The translations under genes were made by a program, and so were the position numbers. Source: Deinococcus radiodurans R1 = ATCC 13939 = DSM 20539 (lineage in GTDB: Bacteria; Deinococcota; Deinococci; Deinococcales; Deinococcaceae). From it: DNA of 32,000 bases. This document shows, one piece after another, positions 18,640-25,292 of the stretch. Within the stretch, counting starts at the first letter, position 1. Each line of letters begins with the position of its first letter. The notes beneath the pieces were generated by a model, which worked only from the letters and a program-made list of their open reading frames with translations, had not been told where the DNA came from and did no database searches. The DNA lies in contig NC_001263.1 of the NCBI RefSeq assembly GCF_000008565.1, forward strand, positions 429,623 through 461,622, read 5' to 3'.

Positions 18640-18645
18640 AGTGTA
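18640..18645 (-). promoter_or_regulatory. -10 box TACACT, 7 nt upstream of the RNase ATG at 18632 (leaderless-type)
   Basis: The minus strand reads cctTACACTgcggcgcATG. Confidence 0.45.
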
Positions 18646-18738
18646 GGCAGCGCCGCCTGCGGCAGATGAAAGGAAGCTGACGGGTCTTGGGGCATGGTGG
18701 GGAGGGTCATGTAGACGGTGTAAGTATGGGCCGGGGCA

Positions 18739-19563
18739 TCAGGCGAGCGAGCCGTTTTGCAGCACGCCCCTGGCGATGAGCACCAGAATCAGGACGCCGA
18801 CCACCACGCGGTAAACGGCAAAGCCCTTGAAGTTGTTGGTGGACACGAAGCGCAGCAGCCAGCCGATGGCGAAGTAAGCGACCACGAAGCTGGTCACCGC
18901 GCCGATGGCGACATTGACCACGCCGATCTGCGCCAGAATCTCGCGGCTCTTGATGAAGTCGAGCAGCGCCGCGCCGCCGAGGGTCGGTACGCCGAGGTAA
19001 AAGCTGAACTTGGTGGCGGTGGGGCGGTCGAGGCCGAGCAGCATCCCGCCGAGGATAGAACTGGCGCTGCGCGAAAAGCCCGGCCACAGCAGCGCGAGGC
19101 ACTGCGCCGCGCCGATAGCGAGGGCTTTGCCGGCGCTGATGTTCTCGATGTCGTGGGTGTCGGGGGTGGCCTTGCGGCTTTCGAGCAGCCACATCAGCAC
19201 GCCGCCCACGATCAGAGCCCAGGCGACCACGCTGGGGCGGAACAGGTACGCCTTGATGGTGTCGCCGAACAGCACCCCCAGGATGACCGCCGGAATACAC
19301 GCCAGCACCACGCCCAGCCACAGCCGCTGCTGCCCCCGGTCATGGCCGATGTGCCGGATTTTCAGGAAATCGCGCCAGTAGTAGACCAGCACCGCCAGGA
19401 TGGCCCCCCCCTGAATGACGACCTCGAAGGTGTCCTTGACTTCCTTGGGCCAGGGCACGTGCAGCAGGTTGCCCGTCAGAATGAGGTGTCCGGTGGAACT
19501 GATGGGCAAGAACTCGGTAATGCCCTCAACGATCCCGTAAATCAGCGAATACAGCCAGTCCAT
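18739..19563 (-). CDS. uppP: undecaprenyl-diphosphate phosphatase
   Basis: MDWLYSLIYGIVEGITEFLPISSTGHLIL is the canonical UppP/BacA N-terminus. The protein is a 274-aa polytopic membrane protein. Confidence 0.95.
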   Translation of the reverse strand: MDWLYSLIYGIVEGITEFLPISSTGHLILTGNLLHVPWPKEVKDTFEVVIQGGAILAVLVYYWRDFLKIRHIGHDRGQQRLWLGVVLACIPAVILGVLFGDTIKAYLFRPSVVAWALIVGGVLMWLLESRKATPDTHDIENISAGKALAIGAAQCLALLWPGFSRSASSILGGMLLGLDRPTATKFSFYLGVPTLGGAALLDFIKSREILAQIGVVNVAIGAVTSFVVAYFAIGWLLRFVSTNNFKGFAVYRVVVGVLILVLIARGVLQNGSLA

Positions 19564-19572
19564 GTCCAGTGG

Positions 19573-19578
19573 AGTCTA
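19573..19578 (-). promoter_or_regulatory. -10 box TAGACT, 9 nt upstream of the uppP ATG
   Basis: The minus strand reads cttTAGACTccactggacATG. Confidence 0.35.
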
Positions 19579-19599
19579 AAGCCTGCACTTCAAACAGAG

Positions 19600-20451
19600 A
19601 TGGAAGGCACACTGTGGCCTGTGCTTCCCTTCACCCCCTGGCTGACGCGCTGGCACTTGACCCCCGACGGCGAGCCGCTTCGCACCCACGGCAGCGACCT
19701 GTTGCCGGTGCTGTGGCACGGCCAGGGAGAGGGACAGGCGGCGATGCTCAAACTCGCTCGCAGCGAGGAAGAACGCCGGGGCGCGGGGCTGATGCAGTTC
19801 TGGCAGGGCGACGGCGCGGCGCGGGTGCTGGCCGTCAGCGAGGACGGCGCCGCGCTGCTGCTGGAGCGGGTGAGTGGTTGCCGTTCGCTCACCGCGCTCG
19901 TCCACGCCGGGCACGACGACGAGGCGACCCGGCTGCTGTGTGCCGCTGCCGCGCGCCTACACCGTCCGCGTCCGGGGCCTTTGCCGCCGCTGCTGCCACT
20001 CGCCGATTGGTTTCGCGGCCTCTTTGCCGGGGAAAAGCAGGATACCAGGCTGCATTTTCCCGCTGCCGTCGCCCGTCAGCTGCTGGCCTCCCCGCAGGAA
20101 GTCGGGCCGCTGCATGGCGACCTGCACCACGCCAACGTGCTGGACGGCGGCGATCCGGGGCAGGGTGGGCGCGGCTGGCTGGCGATTGACCCCAAGGGCC
20201 TGCACGGTGAGCGCGGCTACGACCACGCGAACCTGCTGTGCAACCCGGACCCCGCCACTGCCCTGCGCCCCGGACGGTTGGAACGGCAACTGGCGGTGGC
20301 GGCGCACGCGGCCCGACTGGACCCAGCGCGGCTGGCCCGCTGGGTGATGGCCTACACCGGCCTCTCGGCGGCGTGGTGGCTGGAAGACGGCAGAGAGGCA
20401 GAGGCGGCGCAGATGCTGGCCCTGGGAGAACGGGCGCGGCGGCTGTTCTAG
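19600..20451 (+). CDS. aminoglycoside phosphotransferase family protein, APH(6)/streptomycin kinase-like
   Basis: HGDLHHANVL catalytic loop and IDPKGLHGERGYD. I chose the ATG at 19600 because the upstream 281 codons of ORF 18757..20451 are antisense to uppP. Confidence 0.7.
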   Translation: MEGTLWPVLPFTPWLTRWHLTPDGEPLRTHGSDLLPVLWHGQGEGQAAMLKLARSEEERRGAGLMQFWQGDGAARVLAVSEDGAALLLERVSGCRSLTALVHAGHDDEATRLLCAAAARLHRPRPGPLPPLLPLADWFRGLFAGEKQDTRLHFPAAVARQLLASPQEVGPLHGDLHHANVLDGGDPGQGGRGWLAIDPKGLHGERGYDHANLLCNPDPATALRPGRLERQLAVAAHAARLDPARLARWVMAYTGLSAAWWLEDGREAEAAQMLALGERARRLF

Positions 20452-20529
20452 TTTCCGGTTCTCACCGCCTGTCCCGGATTCCCCTGAAATCTTCACCCTT
20501 GCCATGTGAAGGCATGCTAAAGGTGAGGG

Positions 20530-21222
20530 GTGAATGTTCTCGATCTCGCCCGCGCCGCCGGTCCCCTGCTGTGGGTGCTGCTGGCCCTGTCGTTGTACGT
20601 CGTCTATCTCACGGTGGCCCGCTTGCTGGCCCTGATGCGGATGGGTCAGGACGCCTCGGCGCTGATCGAGCGGGCGCGTGCCCTGACTGCCGAAAGTGGA
20701 CCGCAGGCCGCGCTGCGCGAAGTCGACCTCTCGGGGCTCGACATCCCGGCGGCGCAGGTGCTGCGGGCGGGATTGAACCGCGCCGACCGGGGCCCTGAAG
20801 CCGCGCAGGCCGCCATGAACGCCGCGCTGATTCAGGAAGACGGGCGCATGTATGCCGGCCTGAGCGCCCTGGGCACCGCCGCGCAGATTGCCCCGCTGCT
20901 GGGGTTGCTCGGCACCGTGGTGGGCATGGTGCGCTCGTTCCTGGTGTTCAGCGCCACCAACAACCCCACCCCCACCGAACTCGCGCAGGGCATCAGCGAG
21001 GCGCTCATCAACACCGCCGCCGGCTTGATTGTCGCCATCGTGGCCTACGTCGCCCGCAACGCGCTGCGCAACAAGGCCAACGCGGTGGCGGCGCAGGCCG
21101 AACGGGTGCGCGAGGAGCTGCCGAGCTGGTTGCTGCGCCCGGTGGCCGTGCCCGCCGCCCCGGTGCGCCCGGCGCCCGCTCCTGAACGCCCGGTGATGGC
21201 CCCGACCGGCGCGAGGCTCTGA
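20530..21222 (+). CDS. MotA/TolQ/ExbB family proton-channel protein
   Basis: 230 aa with an N-terminal TM and the conserved C-terminal TM pair (LGTAAQIAPLLGLLGTVVGMV ... ISEALINTAAGLIVAIVAYV). Confidence 0.85.
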   Translation: MNVLDLARAAGPLLWVLLALSLYVVYLTVARLLALMRMGQDASALIERARALTAESGPQAALREVDLSGLDIPAAQVLRAGLNRADRGPEAAQAAMNAALIQEDGRMYAGLSALGTAAQIAPLLGLLGTVVGMVRSFLVFSATNNPTPTELAQGISEALINTAAGLIVAIVAYVARNALRNKANAVAAQAERVREELPSWLLRPVAVPAAPVRPAPAPERPVMAPTGARL

Positions 21223-21224
21223 GC

Positions 21225-21647
21225 ATGAGCGTGCCGCGCAGAAGGCTGCGGGACGATGTCGAAGGCGTGACCTTTGATTTCGCGCCGATGGTGGACATCG
21301 TGCTGCTGCTGCTGATTTTCTTTTTCCTGACCAGTAACCTGGGTGCCCGGCAAAATGTCTTGCCGCTCGACCTGCCGCGCGCCAGCACCACCGTGCAGGC
21401 CACCCCTGACATTCCCATCGTGACCGTACACAAGACGGGCCGCATCTATCTCAACGGCTACGCCACCAACCTCGAACAGCTCGAACAGAAACTGCCCGCG
21501 CTGGTCAAGAAATCCGGCGGTGTGGTGGGTGTACGCGCCGACGAGCGCGGCAACTACGGGACCGTGGTGCAGGTGATGGACGCCGTGAAGAAAGCGGGCG
21601 GCGAGCGCCTCGCCCTGGGCACCCGCAACGCGGACTCCGACAAGTGA
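21225..21647 (+). CDS. ExbD/TolR family biopolymer transport protein
   Basis: 140 aa. FDFAPMVDIVLLLLIFFF contains the conserved Asp-bearing TM. It starts 2 nt after the exbB-like stop. Confidence 0.85.
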   Translation: MSVPRRRLRDDVEGVTFDFAPMVDIVLLLLIFFFLTSNLGARQNVLPLDLPRASTTVQATPDIPIVTVHKTGRIYLNGYATNLEQLEQKLPALVKKSGGVVGVRADERGNYGTVVQVMDAVKKAGGERLALGTRNADSDK

Positions 21648-21710
21648 CGCCCTGCCCACAGACGACCCCGGCCTGCCCACCCCTGACCGCCCCTGCGGAG
21701 GACCCTGACT

Positions 21711-24230
21711 ATGACGTCTTATTCCCGCCCTTCCCGCTTTGACCTTCAGCGGCCCGAGGTCCGCGAGCGGCTGTGGTCGGCGGCGGCCACCTTTACCCTG
21801 CACGCGGCGCTGATTGCGGGTCTGGCCCTTGCCCGGCCTCAGCCTCAGGCCAGCGTGGCGGCGGTTCCCGACACCCGGCACGCCCCGCTGGAAGTGGTCG
21901 CGCTCGCCCCCGAGGTGCCCAACTCCAACGCGGCGGCCCCCCTGAGCACGTCGCCGCTGGCCGCGTCTCCCAACAAGCCGGCCCCGGCGACCAAGCCCAC
22001 GCCGACCCCCGCGAAACCCGCGACCCCGGCGCCGGAACCTCCTAAGCCCCCGGAACCCACGCCCCCCGAGCCGAAGCCCGAGACGCCCCCGGAACCGCCC
22101 AAGCCGGCGCCGGAGCCCCCGAAACCCGATCCCACCCCCGCCGAGCCGCTCAAGCCGCCGGTGCAGGACACTCCGCCCCCGGTCACGCCCAAGCCGGTCA
22201 CCCCTGAACCGGTGACCCCCAAGCCGGCCCCCACACCCCCCGAGGTGCTGCAACCGCCGGTTGCCCAAACGCCGCCTGTGGCAAAGCCGCCTGTGCCGGC
22301 CCCGACGTCCCAGACGCCGACCCCCCCGGTCCAGCCGGCGCCGACGCGCACCCCGCCGCCCCAGGCGGCCCGGCCCACGCCAAACGCGCCCGCCCAGACC
22401 CCGGCGCCGGCGACCCAAGCCCCGGCAGCCCAGACGCCTACAGCTCAGGCTCCGGCAACCCAAACGCCGGCCACCCCGGCCCCCGCCGCTCAGCGACCGG
22501 CAGGCGGCGCGCCGTCTCCGGCCCCTGCGCCGGCCCAGGCGAACGCGCCCGCCGGCTCGGTGGTGCCCGAAGCCACGGTGCCTGAGTCCAGCACGCCGGC
22601 AGCCCCCTCTGCCCAAACGCCCCCCACCCCGACGCGGGAAACGGCCCAGACCGAGGCGTCGCCGGCGGCTCCCAACTCGTCCGCAGCGGCGCCCAACGAA
22701 CCGGCGAGCGAACCCGTCGCGGGTCGCCCAGGTACGGCGGCGTCCAGCCCCGAGTCGGCTTCCCCAGTCACGGTGACGCCGCGCGGCGAAACGCCCGATA
22801 CGGCGGCTTCGGCAGGCACCCCCAGCGCGGGCCGGGTCACGCCTGCGCCGGCTCCTTCCGCGTCCGAGGGTGCGTCGGCAGCCCGCACGCCGGGCGCCGG
22901 GTCGCAGACGCCGCCCATTCCCGCGACGCCGATTCCCGCCACCCCGGCAGGCCGCAGCAGCGGCGAGTCGGCGGGAACGGCAGCGGCGCGGCCCAACGCG
23001 GCGCCCGCCCCGGTCAGCGAGGACCGCTCCGACGTGTCGGGCCTGCCCCGGCGCGAGGACGCCCCCGCCGAAAGCAGCCCGGTGGCGGCGAGCCCGGCGC
23101 GTGGGGCGTCGTCGGCCCCCAGCTCGGCCCCAGCCGCCGCCGTGCCTTCGCGCGCTCCGGTTTCGGGCGGCAGCGTGAGCGCGCCCCGCACCGCGCCCAC
23201 CGCGCCAGTGGCCGAGCAGGGCGAGGTGCCCGTGTCGCCCAGCGCCGCCGCGCCGCGGGGAGGCGCAAGCAGCGCGGCGGCGCCCTCCGCTCCGGCGGCT
23301 GCACGCGGCGGCTCCGGCGCGGCAGGTGGCGCAGCGGGCGGTGCCAGTGCCCCCGCAGCAGCCCGGCCCGCCCAGACGCCCGGTGCCTCGGCAGGCGGCG
23401 CGTCCGGTGGGGGCGAAGGCGTCAGCGCCCGGCCCTCCCAGGGCGGCACCCCCAGCGGCACGCCAGCCAGCGCCCCAGTCGCGGCGGGTCGTCCGGCGGG
23501 TGGTGAGGGCAGCGGTTCCGGTACCAGTGGTTCTGGCAGCGGCGCTCCCGCAGCGGCCCGGCCCGGTCAGGGAGGCAGCGGCGACGCGCCTGTGGACCTC
23601 GGGCTGACCTCCGGTCGCGGTGGCAGCGGCGCGGGCAACGGTGGCGCCGGCACGGGTGAAACGGGCGCCGGCACCCCCAGCGCCTCGCGGCCCGGCAGTG
23701 GCGGTACTGGAAACGGCTCCGGCACTGGCGAAGGCAGCGGCACTGTGCCCGCTTCTGGCCGGGGCACCGGCGGCAGCGGCACCGGTACGGGCAATGGCGG
23801 TGGCGCAGGTGAGGGTGCAGGTGTCGGCGCGGTGGCCCGTGGTGGCGGCGGTGCGGGGCAGGGCGCGGGCAACGAAACCCGCCCGCTGACCTGCACGGTG
23901 GTCGTGGATGTGCGCGGCCTCGGGAAGCTCGAAAGCGCCATGACGAGCTTCGTGATGGACAGCGCCGGCAATCAGGTCTGGCCCGACGCCGAACTCATCA
24001 AGGGCGTGGCGACCCAGCTCGTGCAGGAAGGCAACTTGCAGGAGTACACCCGCTCCGAGGCGGGCCTCGCCCAGCTCAAGAACGTCACCCGCGTCAAGGC
24101 CAGCCGCCTGCTCAGGCCCAAGCAGTCCCCTGGCGCTCCCTACTTTGCCGACGTGGAACTGTCCGCCGACGCCGCGCAGACCTTCCGCTCGGCGGGCAAG
24201 GCGTGCAAGGTCGTGTACCTGCGCGATTGA
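21711..24230 (+). CDS. giant membrane-anchored Pro/Ala/Gly/Ser-rich protein in the TonB/TolA position (energy-transducer-like)
   Basis: GGAGGA lies 8 nt upstream of the ATG. The protein has a single N-terminal TM (LWSAAATFTLHAALIAGLALA) and a PEPPKPPEPTPPEPKP-type rod. A long A/G/S/P low-complexity region follows, then a 120-aa non-repetitive C-terminal domain with 2 Cys. Confidence 0.7.
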   Translation: MTSYSRPSRFDLQRPEVRERLWSAAATFTLHAALIAGLALARPQPQASVAAVPDTRHAPLEVVALAPEVPNSNAAAPLSTSPLAASPNKPAPATKPTPTPAKPATPAPEPPKPPEPTPPEPKPETPPEPPKPAPEPPKPDPTPAEPLKPPVQDTPPPVTPKPVTPEPVTPKPAPTPPEVLQPPVAQTPPVAKPPVPAPTSQTPTPPVQPAPTRTPPPQAARPTPNAPAQTPAPATQAPAAQTPTAQAPATQTPATPAPAAQRPAGGAPSPAPAPAQANAPAGSVVPEATVPESSTPAAPSAQTPPTPTRETAQTEASPAAPNSSAAAPNEPASEPVAGRPGTAASSPESASPVTVTPRGETPDTAASAGTPSAGRVTPAPAPSASEGASAARTPGAGSQTPPIPATPIPATPAGRSSGESAGTAAARPNAAPAPVSEDRSDVSGLPRREDAPAESSPVAASPARGASSAPSSAPAAAVPSRAPVSGGSVSAPRTAPTAPVAEQGEVPVSPSAAAPRGGASSAAAPSAPAAARGGSGAAGGAAGGASAPAAARPAQTPGASAGGASGGGEGVSARPSQGGTPSGTPASAPVAAGRPAGGEGSGSGTSGSGSGAPAAARPGQGGSGDAPVDLGLTSGRGGSGAGNGGAGTGETGAGTPSASRPGSGGTGNGSGTGEGSGTVPASGRGTGGSGTGTGNGGGAGEGAGVGAVARGGGGAGQGAGNETRPLTCTVVVDVRGLGKLESAMTSFVMDSAGNQVWPDAELIKGVATQLVQEGNLQEYTRSEAGLAQLKNVTRVKASRLLRPKQSPGAPYFADVELSADAAQTFRSAGKACKVVYLRD

Positions 24231-24303
24231 GCACACCCCGCGCCGGACTTCTCATCCTGGCATCAGCTCCGCGTCAACATTTTCCTTCCCAATGAGGTTC
24301 ACT

Positions 24304-25014
24304 ATGCGCCTACTTGATTTCCGTAAGCCCCTGCTGCTGTCCCTGACGGCCTTGCTCTCGGCCCCCGCGTTCGCCTGGGTGCCCAAGCTCGACGACGCCA
24401 CCGCCAAGAACGTCATCGACGGGGCCTATGGCCGCCGCGACCTGCCGAGCACTTACCTGACGGTGGACCTCGGCGTGAAAGACGGCCAGTTCGTCTCCGG
24501 CCCCGAGAGTGTCAAGGTGTTCGACGGCGGCGCCCAGTGCGTGACCGACTGGCTCGCCGCGCCGGGCGACTTCAGCAAGGGCAGCCGCCTGGGCTCGGTC
24601 ACCGCCAGCGGTCAGGCCGACCAGCTCTACTTTCAGGCCACCGACGCCCGCGACAACTTCCGCAACCTCAGCGCCGCTGACGCTCTGGGTGCCGACCTGA
24701 GCAAGGCCCGCCTCGCCGACGGCGAACTGCGCGTGGACATCGCCGTGCGCGGCCTGCCCAGCGAAAAGGCCCGCGACGCCTACCTGGTGCGGATGCGCTC
24801 CGCCGACGGCAAGCTGGTGGCCCCGGTGCGCCGCAGCTACGTCAACGACTTCAAGCAGGGCGAGGACGGCAAGTGGAGCGGCACCCTGGTGTACTACTTC
24901 AAGCCGCTCGACGCCGGGGTGGGCGCCAGTGACCGGGTGGACCTGCTCGTCCGCACCGAAGCCGACACGAACTGCGCCTACAACGTGGCGCTGAATCTGG
25001 CGAGCTTCCAGTAA
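24304..25014 (+). CDS. secreted protein of unknown function (cleavable signal peptide)
   Basis: MRLLDFRKPLLLSLTALLSAPAFA|WVPK is an Sec-type signal. GAGG lies 6 nt upstream of the ATG at 24304 (alternative ATG at 24292). The mature part looks beta-rich and has 2 Cys. Confidence 0.65.
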   Translation: MRLLDFRKPLLLSLTALLSAPAFAWVPKLDDATAKNVIDGAYGRRDLPSTYLTVDLGVKDGQFVSGPESVKVFDGGAQCVTDWLAAPGDFSKGSRLGSVTASGQADQLYFQATDARDNFRNLSAADALGADLSKARLADGELRVDIAVRGLPSEKARDAYLVRMRSADGKLVAPVRRSYVNDFKQGEDGKWSGTLVYYFKPLDAGVGASDRVDLLVRTEADTNCAYNVALNLASFQ

Positions 25015-25024
25015 CCGACAGGCC

Positions 25025-25075
25025 AAAAACAGAGAGAGCAGAGGCGCCAGCATTGGCCCTCTGCTCTCTGTTTTT
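25025..25075 (+). terminator. strong rho-independent (potentially bidirectional) terminator
   Basis: The layout is A5, then CAGAGAG(AG)CAGAGG, a 13-nt loop, CCTCTGCTCTCTG, then T5. It starts 11 nt after the stop at 25014. Confidence 0.8.
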
Positions 25076-25100
25076 GACCCTGTACCTTGATGGGAGACGG

Positions 25101-25256
25101 CCTCGCAAAGCGAGGGGTGAGGGTGTCTTTTTCTATCAGATGCTCTAAAACGAGCTGCTAAAGCATTTGACGGAATGAGGCTTCTTCAGAGCTGGTCTGG
25201 ACGCCCCCTCACCCCTTGCTACGCAAGGCCCTCTCCCACAAGGGGAGAGGGTCAAA
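25101..25256. repeat. SNR/MITE-like element: roughly 23-bp imperfect inverted repeats flanking an 82-bp AT-richer core, plus the shared 18-nt core
   Basis: CCTCGCAAAGCGAGGGGTGAGGG (25101-25123) matches the reverse complement of 25206-25228 (CCTTGCGTAGCAAGGGGTGAGGG) at 19 of 23 positions. The following CAAGGGGAGAGGGTCAAA is identical to 16036-16053. Confidence 0.6.
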
Positions 25257-25292
25257 CATGCAAAACATTCTTGTCTCGAATGCTCTCAGCGC

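Noticed and set aside
18757-19599. N-terminal 281 codons of the 564-aa plus-strand ORF 18757..20451
   Set aside because: This part is exactly antisense to uppP, which has an unmistakable UppP sequence, and it is His/Asp/Gln-rich junk. The kinase homology begins only after ATG 19600.
21930-23870. Possible CRISPR array or tandem DNA repeat array in the repetitive stretch
   Set aside because: The repetition is at the codon and amino-acid level (PEP/KP/AP/GS motifs), with no constant-length direct repeats separated by unique spacers. It also sits inside one continuous well-supported ORF.
21045-24236. 1063-aa ORF on the minus strand, the longest ORF in the window
   Set aside because: It is antisense to the exbB 3' end, exbD and the Pro/Ala/Gly-rich gene. 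Its translation is almost pure Arg/Gly/Ala junk with no start context. This is the expected stop-free shadow of a GC-rich low-complexity gene.
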